In this document: positions 21,261-34,064 of the stretch, one piece after another | Position numbering within the stretch: the stretch's first letter is position 1 | How the letters are laid out: the number at the start of each line of letters is the position of its first letter | Assembly: GCF_001194135.2 (NCBI RefSeq) | Contig: NC_068990.1 | Location: forward strand, 12,301,769-12,351,863 | DNA: 50,095 nt | Reading direction: 5' to 3' | From: Octopus bimaculoides | Lineage: Eukaryota | Notes under the pieces: generated by a model | Seen by the model: the letters and a program-made list of their open reading frames with translations, nothing else | Database searches by the model: none | Told to the model about the DNA's origin: nothing | Made by a program: the position numbers and the translations under genes

Positions 21261-23084
21261 GTAGAGTGTCCAGCTAACTTTTAGTTTTCCAATAGTAGGC
21301 TTTTACATACCACTTTCAGCAAAGTAGAATAAGGTTTTTTTGTTAGGATTTATAATAGTTTTTAAAGGAGGAGAAAGGGTAACATCAATGAACTATGACT
21401 CTTTTTAGGGTCTCCATGATTTACAAGATATGGAGAGGAAGTTATCTTCAGAGAGGTGAGGTGGAGGAAAGCCTAAATACTTGCAACAGAAAAGACTTGG
21501 CTAAGGGGCCCCAAGGACTACAAAGGGATGAAAATTGTTAATACATAAATCTACATTGAATACTAAATATCTTTTCTGTGGACAGAGCAGAGAACCAGAA
21601 TCACATAATCAAAAGAGAGGAATTTTGCCCTTATTGTTGTTGAAAGAGGGCAAAACATAACAATTCTATAGTGCTCATAGCTTTCCATTTTTTTATCTCT
21701 TTATTTTCTTGCAGAAGTGAACTGTACCATTCTGTGGTACTTATTTACCTATTTACAATTAATTTGGACAATTGACAGAGCTTTGTTTTTTTTTGTTTTT
21801 GTTTGTTTTGGCACATTACCACATCATTGATGTGATACTATGAGGTGAGAAACAAGAAGAACTCAGCTTCTGTAAACTATTGAAAACTTATCAGTTTCAT
21901 GGTGCTTCTACTATTTTAGGGAGTTGACCTACAGTATGTAATGATCCAGACATGTAGCTGAGTCATTGTGAAATAGTTCTTTATCATCTCTGCAATGGGA
22001 GCTATTGTAAAATAACCTGAACAATAAGCCGACAATAGTAAACTGTACCATCTGATGTATATTTTTATATATTAATTAGAGGGACATGAACCATTGATGA
22101 TTTAAATAGAGCTGTGTGCATTTATATTTAACACATTCATGAACCCTCAAACATGGGAAGACTATCATAACAGCAACTATCAAGGAAAAGAAATTCCCTT
22201 TATAGAAAATGTCCTTGTAAACACATCAAGCTGGGCTATGAATTATATTGTTGAGGCATATGTTTCAACATCGTTATACTTTTATTTAATCCATAGGCTT
22301 GTTCAATCAGGATTAATTTTTAGCTAAATAGCATCTCACAGGGTGCAAATTTTGTTGTTAAATTTCAGTATTGAGGATAAAGGAATGGCTATTGATTTCA
22401 TAGTAATTTTGCTTTCTGCTGCTAACTGCCTTGAGCTGTACCACTCTATGGTACCTATTTGCTGTGACAGTGAGTGAAGTATTGACAACCAAGTGTCTTG
22501 ACTGCAGAAACAGCATGATGCAAAGCAGCTGACATGATATGAACCATTAACCTATCAGTTGGTAATCTGCTCTACTATCATTCAACTAACTTACATTCAA
22601 CAAATCATATGTATACACAAAATCAAAAATTGCATATATTTTAAGTGTTCAAAAACAGAAAAAAAACACAAAAACCAAATCAAAAGTAAATAAATAAATA
22701 TCCTATATTTCTTTCAGAAGAAATCATTGCGCAAAGAAATACAATATATAATTAGAACGAAAATCTTGTGTGCATTGAATGACTTTAACGAAATGATAGG
22801 TTTACTAAAATGAGAGAAGATATCCCCTTTACTGATCACACATCAATAACTGCCAATCAAAGAGAATTTCATATTACTTATCATGAAAGCATGTGGATAA
22901 TAGCTGGTTAGCATTACTGCATTGTGTTTGATAGGATTCGCTATAGTGTTGCAAAAGAATATGCTTCATAATTTTCTGAGAAATATAATTCTCTGTTTAT
23001 ATTTAAACGGAAACGAGAATGAGAATGAGAATGAGAAAAACAGAAAACAAACAGAAAGGAAATGAAACCTTTCCATTTATTTCA

Positions 23085-23294
23085 GGTATTTATATACATA
23101 CATACATATATACATACGCACTCATATGTATATGTATATATATGTATCCTTATATATGCATATATCTACTTATATAATACATACCTTTACGCATGTGTGC
23201 ATTCACATATATATATGTGTTTGTATACATGTGCATATATGAATATAGATACACAAATACATGTAAACATATGTATGAAATACATACATACATT

Positions 23295-23367
<73 letters not shown>

Positions 23368-24048
23368 AATTTTCTATGCATTTCCTTTTTCTATTGTGTA
23401 ATGATGTATTAAGATAATTTTAGATGTGACAATGGCAACAATATAAAAGGGTTACCAACATCACGAATTTTAATAGAGTATATATGCATCTGATGTATTA
23501 TGTATATACCTGTGTATGTATGTGTGCATATATATACATACATATATATATACACACACACACACAAGCAGTCAGTAGAAGTTGCTTAATATAATCATGG
23601 ATAATGTTAGCAACGTTTATTGTTATCAAAAACGCTTTACCCCAGTGTGATCACAATAAGCAGCTTCTATCATACACACACTTACACATGCATACAGACA
23701 CATATATGTAAATATATGTAAACATACATATATGTATTTGGAATAAATGCAATTGTATTCAAGAAACACGTGGATGTTCTGCTTTCTAACATTCTAGAAG
23801 AACCTTATATCATAGAGGGAAGGAATACAAACACAGGAAGCAGTATGATGCTCTCTCATTCACCACAAAGCAACGGAAAAGTGGGGAGTTGTAGAAAGAG
23901 TAAAGGAATAGCAACAGTAATTGCAGTCTCATAGTGTAGTCACAGCCCCTTGAAGTGAAAGGGTAAAAAAAAAAATTAAAATACATATATTTTTGTGTAT
24001 ATATACATATATAAATATGTATGTCTATATGTGTATGTGTGTTACATA

Positions 24049-24105
<57 letters not shown>

Positions 24106-24843
24106 NNNNNNNNNNNNNNNNNNNNNNNNNNNNNNNNNNNNNNNNNNNNNNNNNNNNNNNNNNNNNNNNNNNNNNNNNNNNNNNNNNNNNNNNNNNNNNN
24201 NNNNNNNNNNNNNNNNNNNNNNNNNNNNNNNNNNNNNNNNNNNNNNNNNNNNNNNNNNNNNNNNNNNNNNNNNNNNNNNNNNNNNNNNNNNNNNNNNNNN
24301 NNNNNNNNNNNNNNNNNNNNNNNNNNNNNNNNNNNNNNNNNNNNNNNNNNNNNNNNNNNNNNNNNNNNNNNNNNNNNNNNNNNNNNNNNNNNNNNNNNNN
24401 NNNNNNNNNNNNNNNNNNNNNNNNNNNNNNNNNNNNNNNNNNNNNNNNNNNNNNNNNNNNNNNNNNNNNNNNNNNNNNNNNNNNNNNNNNNNNNNNNNNN
24501 NNNNNNNNNNNNNNNNNNNNNNNNNNNNNNNNNNNNNNNNNNNNNNNNNNNNNNNNNNNNNNNNNNNNNNNNNNNNNNNNNNNNNNNNNNNNNNNNNNNN
24601 NNNNNNNNNNNNNNNNNNNNNNNNNNNNNNNNNNNNNNNNNNNNNNNNNNNNNNNNNNNNNNNNNNNNNNNNNNNNNNNNNNNNNNNNNNNNNNNNNNNN
24701 NNNNNNNNNNNNNNNNNNNNNNNNNNNNNNNNNNNNNNNNNNNNNNNNNNNNNNNNNNNNNNNNNNNNNNNNNNNNNNNNNNNNNNNNNNNNNNNNNNNN
24801 NNNNNNNNNNNNNNNNNNNNNNNNNNNNNNNNNNNNNNNNNNN

Positions 24844-24925
<82 letters not shown>

Positions 24926-25075
24926 CATATAAATACACATATACATATATGTATATATGCATGTATATGAATACATATAATATATATGTATATATACATA
25001 TGTATATATATACACACACATAGACATGGTTGTTACATATATATATATATATATATAGGCATATAAATGTATCCA
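23085..25075. repeat. TA/CA-rich microsatellite clusters around gap 24106-24843
   Basis: Seen directly: 23085-23370, 23500-23570, 23985-24105, 24844-25075. Confidence 0.9.
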
Positions 25076-25239
25076 CATATATTATGTGTGCGTGTGTGTT
25101 GTGTGCAGCCAAAGTGCCACCTTACCATTCCTGTTTTTGAAGATAAACCATTTTCATTAAATCAATACAGTCATTGTATAAAAACAGATGCTGAATTATT
25201 TCTGTTGGTGATTTAAATTCACACCTGTGCACATAGAGC

Positions 25240-25475
25240 TGCCTGAAAAACGTCAGAAACCTCTTGTAAAAATATATCATTTCGGTTAAGCTAATGAGGG
25301 GCTTACTATACAGGCATTCATATTGCTGGAAATAACACCCATATCATTCTCAAATTGGAGAAGGATGCATTTGATGATGCATCTTTGATATGCAATGACC
25401 ATGAGAATGACAGTCAAAGATGAAATATCTTTGAGAATAGGTCTGCTCAACCAGGGCTGACCTGGGGCTAAAAAT
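25240..25475 (+). mobile_element. Family F repeat, degraded
   Basis: GCTGGAAATAACA...GGTCTGCTCAACCAGGGCTGACCTGGGGCTAAA. Confidence 0.55.
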
Positions 25476-25657
25476 GATTATGAAAAAGGCACAAAATCAT
25501 TTAAGTACAGGACAAAATACTTCATTTTATTTCACTGCATGCTGAATTCAAATCCCATGAAGATGAACTTAATCTTTTATTTTTTTTAGATCTAAAAATA
25601 TTGGTTGCCAGGAGATTAAGGGCACCTACCCACAAATGGAATGTTATCATTCCAGAG

Positions 25658-25891
25658 CAGTGTTCTTCAACCATTTTTTACTTATAGACCCTTTGGTTCC
25701 TATTTTAATCTACTGCACCCCCATAGCCATTTGATGTTAAAAAGAGCCTATAATATTTTTATAATTAAATATTATTAGGAAATGAATAAAAAATTGTAAA
25801 ACTGTTTTGTGTATCACAGTAGTATAATCAAATTATTACAGACAAATTTTAACAACAAAATCTTATATGGACCCCCAGTTTAGAACCATTG
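25658..25891. mobile_element. hAT-superfamily MITE with 8-bp TSD
   Basis: Termini CAGTGTTCTTCAACC / GTTTAGAACCATTG. 8-bp flanks TTCCAGAG (25650-25657) and ATCCAGAG (25892-25899), a 7/8 match; 8-bp TSDs are typical of hAT elements. Confidence 0.8.
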
Positions 25892-26204
25892 ATCCAGAGC
25901 AATTAATTGGTTGAACCACTAGAAAACTGGATATGCTTCAGTTATGGTACTTTGCATTGTGAATTCTTATGTGGTGAGATTGATCTGTCATCCAGTTTAT
26001 TCAAAACTGACTCTTTGGAAAGTACGCAGCAAGTCCTTGGGTACTCTTAAAAGGAAGATTATTCAGTTGCAAGTATTCAAGCTGGGTATCTAGTTTAAGA
26101 ATAACTGTATCACTTCTGCTTGCCAATCTAGCAGGCCTTGAAAATAAGGATCAGGTCTTTGCCTTCCTGCTCCTAACAAAACAGAAAATAGAAGATATTA
26201 AATA

Positions 26205-26301
26205 AATAGACAGACAGACAGATAGAGAGATAGACAGACAGATAGATAGATAGATAGGTAGATAGATAGATAGATAGATAGACAGATAGATAGATAGATA
26301 A

Positions 26302-26344
<43 letters not shown>
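26205..26344. repeat. (GATA/GACA)n tetranucleotide microsatellite
   Basis: Seen directly. Confidence 0.95.
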
Positions 26345-26346
<2 letters not shown>

Positions 26347-26364
26347 GTCTTTTTAAAAGCCTTA

Positions 26365-26460
26365 TACTTATTCTATCAGTTGCTTTTGCCAAGCTGCTAA
26401 ATTATGGGAATATAAACAAACGAACTGCTGTTGTAAAGCAATGGTAGGGGACAAACACAT
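26365..26460 (-). mobile_element. Family A SINE internal fragment
   Basis: TACTTATTCTATC...TTTTGCCAAGCTGCTAAATTATGGG...GGGGACAAACAC. Confidence 0.6.
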
Positions 26461-26637
26461 GCATAAAGACACACATGCATGTATATATATATACATACAT
26501 ATATATTTATATATGTGTTCGTTCCGTTGTCTGTAGTTCATTGTTCTAACGTCCTGTACCCTGATATGCATATATATATACACATGTAGATGTAAGTATG
26601 TACATATATGTGCGTATACATGTATATATATTCTTTG

Positions 26638-26685
<48 letters not shown>

Positions 26686-26698
26686 TTATTAATATTTC

Positions 26699-26860
26699 TA
26701 AGTCTCTCTAAAGGAGACTACGGCAGCGGTACTGGAAATTAATAGTTATCGCCAAGCCAACATGGCAGTCCCAAAATTAGGACGAAAGCTGCCGTGAATT
26801 AGCTCCAAGAAGCCATCGCCTCTAGCTAGCTATGTGACACACGAAACCTGTGTCCTTTAT
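26699..26860. other. CpG-rich, hairpin-dense segment; probably the end of an unclassified young repeat, cut by a gap
   Basis: Stems AGTCTC/GAGACT, ACGGCAGC/GCTGCCGT, GCC/GGC, GTCC/GGAC, GACACA/TGTGTC read directly from the sequence. Confidence 0.5.
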
Positions 26861-27331
26861 ANNNNNNNNNNNNNNNNNNNNNNNNNNNNNNNNNNNNNNN
26901 NNNNNNNNNNNNNNNNNNNNNNNNNNNNNNNNNNNNNNNNNNNNNNNNNNNNNNNNNNNNNNNNNNNNNNNNNNNNNNNNNNNNNNNNNNNNNNNNNNNN
27001 NNNNNNNNNNNNNNNNNNNNNNNNNNNNNNNNNNNNNNNNNNNNNNNNNNNNNNNNNNNNNNNNNNNNNNNNNNNNNNNNNNNNNNNNNNNNNNNNNNNN
27101 NNNNNNNNNNNNNNNNNNNNNNNNNNNNNNNNNNNNNNNNNNNNNNNNNNNNNNNNNNNNNNNNNNNNNNNNNNNNNNNNNNNNNNNNNNNNNNNNNNNN
27201 NNNNNNNNNNNNNNNNNNNNNNNNNNNNNNNNNNNNNNNNNNNNNNNNNNNNNNNNNNNNNNNNNNNNNNNNNNNNNNNNNNNNNNNNNNNNNNNNNNNN
27301 NNNNNNNNNNNNNNNNNNNNNNNNNNNNNNN

Positions 27332-27370
<39 letters not shown>

Positions 27371-27391
27371 GTGTGTGTGTACGTGTGTATA

Positions 27392-28113
27392 CAGTAAAAA
27401 CCCATGTTATTTACACATTTTTTATTCAGAAAAATAGAAATAAACTTTAGGGGTGCCTAAATTACATAAGTAGATCATTTCCAGAATTCTTTTAGAAATT
27501 TGTTTTGTTGTTGGAAAAAGACATAGAAAACATGACCATTTGCCAAAATAAGTTTTTACAGAAAAAATAATTTTAAATATAATGAAATTGACTTTTATTT
27601 ATGCTGGATGGTATAATGCTCACTCTTTCTGCATAAATTTAGTAAAACCATTAATGTTTATTAGTAATTAAACTTAATTTGCAACACCTGTGCGTATTTA
27701 TCAGCTTTGTTTTTGTTCACAATTCTTATCAACAACTTTTCCTATGATCATGATTTAAGAAGACATACAGCAGTATGCTAAAGATCGGACACAATCTCTT
27801 GTGGGCAAGAAATGTAAAATAAAGTTTATTATAAACAACACAAGCAATTTGTAATTTAATAGCTTTTAATGTGATACCTGTTAAATAGAAATTATTTTTA
27901 TTTAAAATGAAAATTTAATAAAGTCTAATCATAAGTAAGTGAAATTATGCTAAATACAACTAAATTGAGAACCTTTTCTTCCTAGCCATATCGGCAATTT
28001 TGGAACCTTTTGGGTGCGAATTTTACATGAGTAGAAACTTTTTTAAACAATTTTTATCCTGAAAATCACCTGCATAAATTACACAGGTGCACAAATTACA
28101 TGGGTTTTTACGG
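27392..28113. mobile_element. Non-autonomous pogo/Tigger-like DNA transposon, ~720 bp
   Basis: 21-bp TIRs CAGTAAAAACCCATGTTATTT / AAATTACATGGGTTTTTACGG (2 mismatches), left TA, inserted in a TA/TG microsatellite; subterminal GTGC..AA(A/T)TTACA repeats. Confidence 0.8.
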
Positions 28114-30447
28114 TGTGTGTGTGTGTGTGTGTGTGTATACAGGCATATACCCACACATATAGTTAAGTGAGTTTCAGATAAAAGAAAATTGTGGAATGCT
28201 GTGTAAAGCTTGTCCACAGTTATTGGCTAGCTGCTGTCATCATACAGTGGAAATGTACATGCTACTGGATGTACTTGAGGAATTCCATAGTGTCCATAGA
28301 ATTTATATAGATAGATGAAAGACAGAAAATAGAATCATCACACAACAATTCACCTATGAACACTTTCAAGAATGCCCTGAAACAATTGTAGTGGTTTTGA
28401 ATAAAGAATCTTGTTAATTCTACTTTCTGTCTTTGATCTATGTATATTTCTAAGATTTATTAAAGATATCAGGGTACTTGGTAAGGAACTTTTGGCTATT
28501 ACATGTGACATATTGAGTTAGTAGTTTCTTAGAAGTGCATTGTAAAACCCCATTTATAGCTCAAGGTTTCTAATGTGCTATTTCTTTGAGAAACAGAATG
28601 AAATTGTTTGATTTTCATATCTCTCTGAATGGACATTAGCAATATAGGAAGAAGTGTAAGTGCTTCAACATGTTCTCAGTTTCCCAAGAATTTAGTTCAA
28701 ATTATATGCTGCGAATAACACTATTTCACTATATTATGGACACTTGACTACCCTAAAATCTTCATGCATGCAATACTATCAGAAATATATTGACAATTGG
28801 AAGGTGTTGATGATTGGAAGTTGATGGCCTTCAGTAGAGTTAAATGGACAAAGGAAATAAAGAAACTGTAGACAGAAACCACTTTACAAATAGACAAGCA
28901 ACAACCTTGAATTCATCAAATAATATTTAAGAGGAAACCAAGTACCATTCTTTGATATGTGACATGGCAATGAATGTATATCTAGTCCAACATGTAATAA
29001 TGAAATGTTCTATAAAGTTTGACGATGTAATGTATTTGCACAGAATTTATGCCTCTAGTGTGATTGCACAGAATTCCTGCTTCTAATATTAATTGTGTGA
29101 GAGCTCTTTGAAGAAAGAGGGAGAGAGGGAGAGAAAAAAAGGGGAATGAGATAGGGGAAGAAAAGAGAAAGGCGATGAAGGAAGTGAATTAACAGTCACA
29201 ACATTAACTTTCAGTTGATCTGACTTGGTTTTACAAGGTTTTGCATATTAGCAATGCCATGCTGAGTGCATTGAAACAAGGAATGTTTCTGCCCATATTA
29301 ATAAGGTAAACTTGAATATTTCTTTATTAAAGGAATATCATATTCTAAAACAACAATATATATCATGTAGAGGTAAAGTGGCAGTGTATATCTATGTGTG
29401 TGTGTGTGTGGTAGTTATCAGCACTACCAATCCTTAGTTTGTGAGTTCAGATTTACTGCAGGCAATATATTAGAATTGTGGGGTAAATATCACTTCCTAC
29501 TTCATACTCAAAATTGGTTTGCTGTGGGAAAACATCTCAGAGTTTTACCTGCCATAAACTAGTGTCCAATACTGAGGATGTTTTATTTCCCCTTAACTTT
29601 CCATGCTATGAACCAGAGCTATGAATTGCTCCAGGGGTCCTGCTTGGATGTCTGGTTTTAATGCCGTCAGTCATTAGACAATGGTTAATCAGATGTTATC
29701 AAGCGCAGGGTTTGTAGTATCTAACACAATAATTCTAAGAAAAATCACTCCAGCAGTACAATAGCAGCCAGCAAGAATGCTGGATGCATTTGAGTCTTTT
29801 TCAACGATGTGTTCTTGCAGCAGGTCACACACATGGATGAGAATTTGCTGCTACTTGGGTGGTTTTCATCACCCTCCAATATTTATTGTTTTTGACACTG
29901 CAGGTCTACAAGAGATGCTATCTTAGTACAGATACTGCAGTGACTTGCCTATCAACAGTGTATTTACATTAAGTATGATATACACACGGTTATTTTTATT
30001 TAATACTGCTCAACTGCACACACCTGATTTTTTTTATTCAGCCAGACAGTGATTCACAAAATCAGCAAATAATATTTTCACTATTTTCTATATCTGGGTT
30101 ACAATTCTTATTCAAGCTTGTAGCTCACTGCAAGTATACACCAATGAAAAGTCTCAAATGCATCTGGCATTCTTACAGCTTCAGCCAGAGAGAATGCCAG
30201 ATATCTCCAATATTTATTGTGTTTTTAATACAGCATATCCTAAACAGATGTTACCCCAGGACAAATACTGGAGTAACTGGTCTATATACAGTGATTATAC
30301 ATAACTGGATATTTATGTACCTGTGTATGTGTGAGTTGGGGTGTGTTGCATAACAAAGCTATGAAGAAACCTCCATGCATTTAAATGATCTTCAAGAAAT
30401 ATCAAACCATATCCCATACCATATCCCATACCATACTTAATACCACA

Positions 30448-30672
30448 TTAACCCTTTAGTTTTCAGATTATTCTGTAAAATGTAATGCTTAGTTATTCAC
30501 ATCTATTTGAATTAGTCATGCACTATTTTGTAACTTTGAGATTTCAATGACATGATTGTTTATTTCTTGAATAATACTATAAGGTAAGTGTGAGAAGCCA
30601 GATCTGGCCTGTTCAAACATAAAATTGGTTGAATATATCAGGCAGATATGGTTGGTTAAATAAAGAAGGATA
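30448..30672 (-). mobile_element. TTAA-ended MITE, family G
   Basis: Starts TTAACCCTTTAG; reverse-complement homolog of 1443-1664. Confidence 0.7.
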
Positions 30673-31041
30673 CATTAGACAATGTATGTTTTAATATACA
30701 AAGCGATGGTACAGTTTCTGTAGGCATACCTTTAGTCATAAATCTTTTTGATTGGGATTGATGTAGAGAAAAATAACAACAGTCAGTGGCAAGCTTGTAT
30801 ATTTCTTAAGTGGTTAATCTAGTTTGAAGTTCTGAGCTCCAAATATTTCATAACCCTGAGACCACTGTGTTGTGCTTTCTCTAGGATCAGTTCATGACAG
30901 ATAACATAGTCTTTGGCATTGCCATAATGAAACCAACATGCTTTATATGAGTATATTAATTAAGATTATATACTTAGTTTATAAATAGTGCAGAGAGCTT
31001 GAAATAGAATGAAAGAGTGAACATTAGCAAAATAATCTCAA

Positions 31042-31256
31042 GAGCGTGGCCGTTTTCGTGCGGGTGACACGTAAAAGCACCTACTACACTCTCTGAGTGG
31101 TTGGCGTTAGGAAGGGCATCCAGCTGTAGAAACTCTGCCAAATTAGATTGGAGCCTGGTGTTGCCATCCGGTTTCACCAGTCCTCAGTCAAATCGTCCAA
31201 CCCATGCTAGCATGGAAGGCGGACGTTAAACGATGATGATGACGATGATGATGATA
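31042..31256 (+). mobile_element. Family D1 RTE 3' end, young copy
   Basis: Five substitutions against 35-235 over ~190 nt; (GAT)n tail. Confidence 0.9.
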
Positions 31257-31699
31257 TACTGCCTTGGATTAGATGTTTAATACAAAGGATGAATCAATGA
31301 GTGATCTGACATTGAACTCGATGTTTTCATTAATAAAGAGGATATTTTTGCCATTTATGTTTTATCACTTTTTTTTTAATGTTGGGATAGTATCGAGAGT
31401 AATGTTTAAGGATATTAGTCACCATTCAGTATATTTCTATAGAACTCCCTTATGAAGCAAATTTCAGCTTTACTCTTCCTTTTGATATTACAGATGAAAT
31501 AACAACAACAACAACTGTCCCCCCCCCCAAAAAAAAAGAAGTTCATCAGGAAAATATATACAATAAAGGAATTCTAACAAAAATTTGGCATTCTGCCTAT
31601 AGCCCTTTCAGTCTTTGAACAATTACATTACTTCAATCAATAATGGAACAGGTGAAAGCCAAATAAGGAATGAATTCAGAGATATATAATAGACACAAA

Positions 31700-31712
31700 A
31701 TTATCATTATCA

Positions 31713-31790
<78 letters not shown>

Positions 31791-31817
31791 TGTATGTATA
31801 TATGTATATATACTTAG

Positions 31818-31878
<61 letters not shown>

Positions 31879-31890
31879 CATACACACCCA
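31700..31890. repeat. (ATT)n-(TATG)n-(CA)n-(TA)n compound microsatellite
   Basis: Seen directly. Confidence 0.95.
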
Positions 31891-33748
31891 CACTCATATA
31901 TTATATTATATTATATTTCTTTTTTTCAAATATTTCCAAATTCTTTGATTAGTGTCTGAATCATTAAAATGTGGTACTAATGACTCTGAGTCAAAGGTCA
32001 AGAGTTCAAATAGTGCCAGAAACAAAAAAAAAAAAAATGGTTACAGTCTTTCAAAAGAAATATTCAGTAGTCTACAATAAATGGTCTTTATTAAAAAATT
32101 CTCTGACAGTTTCATTATAGTTTATTTTTCATGGTTTGGTAAGATATTCAGGGCAGCACATACACCAAATTAGGTGTATTTTAGAACATTTTGATTTCAC
32201 TTTAGTGTTTAATTTTTAAGTACTTTTCTTTCTCTTTTATCTTGCTGTTTGTTCTCATGTAAAGTTAGGAACTTCTAAAGATTTGAAACATTCGAGAATT
32301 ACTGAAATCAAGCACTTTTCTTGAGATTTGTTTTGAACTAAATCACTCAACTGTAAAATACAAGAGGTGCTAAGTGAAATAAATGTTTGAAAAGGAGAAA
32401 AAAAAATCCAAGTAATGCAAGTAGGGAATTAGGCAACGTATGTAAGATTGCCGACTTCTACCAAATTGCCAGCCTTGTGCCAAAATTTGAAGCCAATATA
32501 TTAGGGAAAGTTCCCCTTTTTAGATAGATGAAAGTAATCAAAGTCTTTGTACAAATGCATTGTTATCAACAGGCCCTTCTAATATGTTGTGAGCTACTAA
32601 TATTCTACAAAAGAAGAAGAAATTAATTCATCATAACAGGGCATATAGCATTTCTCTTAGAGACTATCAACCTGAACACATGTTTGATTCAGCAATTTGC
32701 GACTTAAACTTTTGTTGGCTCATTACAGGAACCTAGCTCCCTAGGATGAGATGGCCATATGGAGAGCTGTGGGAAATCTAAGATGGCTGCTAGAACTTGG
32801 GCTGCAATTGGTCAAGGTGGGTCACATGGTGTTGCCGGCATTACAGCAACACCGAAAGCCTCTCAATTTCTCTTATATAAAGAGTGAAGCTGTCAAAAGC
32901 CAATAGGATTTAGGACATGCAAGCTAAATATCTGTCAGGTTTATCATGTCACAGGTGTTTAGTGTACCCAAGTTAGCTTTTAATGGCCTAGGGTGGAAAC
33001 AAACATTATGTAAAAGTTAAATTTTATTAATCTTAATCCATACTTTACATTTGGTAAATTAGTTTGAAGTGCTCATTTGAAAGCCTCGTATTGCTGTAGC
33101 TTTTAATAGGATGGACAGTGTCAGACAGATTTGCCTATAAAGAATTGTAAGAAGATGAAAGTGTCCAGTGGCGCCACAAAGATGCAGTAGTTTGTGGTAC
33201 ACTTGCACTCTTTACCATGCAACTCTTGTGCTAAATATTGAACTTATGACCTTTGTGAATGTTTGAGAAAGTGAACAGACAATATTACAAATAAATACTT
33301 ACAGCCTTATAACTATATAACCATGGAGTCATACTTCAGATTGGAAAGCCAGGTTCTGTCTGACCAGGAACAGTTAATCAATAAAGGGAATGGGATAAAA
33401 AGGTAGTATTTTAACGAGGGGGTTTGTTTCCATAGAGAAAGAAAGTGAATGAAAGAGAGCAGGAGAGATAGAGAGAAAGAGAAAGAAAGAAGGCAAAGAG
33501 TGAAAGGGAGACTTGCTTGTTGCCAATATGTGACGTCTTATTTGAATAACACCATTCTGAGCTTCTCCTCTGTATTAAGTTAATTACAACAATAATCATA
33601 TTAAGTCATTGATTTGAGAAATTATGTGCATTGTGGAACAATGTAGAGACTTTATCAGTCGAGAGATTTGGCACAAGAACCAGACAGTTACTTCGGCAAA
33701 TAGAAATGGAAACATTCTTCATTCAGATGTAAGGAAAAGTTATAACAT

Positions 33749-33794
<46 letters not shown>

Positions 33795-34064
33795 AATCTT
33801 ATATTAATCAATAGATTCTTACTAATTTTAAAATGAGATACTTTCTATTTTAAAAATGCCATTTCACACAATCTATACTGCATTTATTAAATTTCACATA
33901 TATAATTACTATTATTTTTACATTCTTATGCATACACTTGCATTCACACACATACGCAAGCCCATGCACACACACATTCACATGCATGAACAAACACACA
34001 AACACACTCGCACCCACATTCACACATACATGCACACACACACATGCACTCTCAGCAGTGAATT

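Noticed and set aside
22718-22799. Open frame KKSLRKEIQYIIRTKILCALNDFNEMI after TTTCTTTCAG
   Set aside because: Donor is poor (GTTTAC) and no homology is recognised.
29036-29091. Short local tandem duplications (28 bp x2 here; also 30409-30436, 36631-36650, 34637-34666, GAGAAT run near 23015)
   Set aside because: Consistent with ordinary replication slippage; no sign of function.
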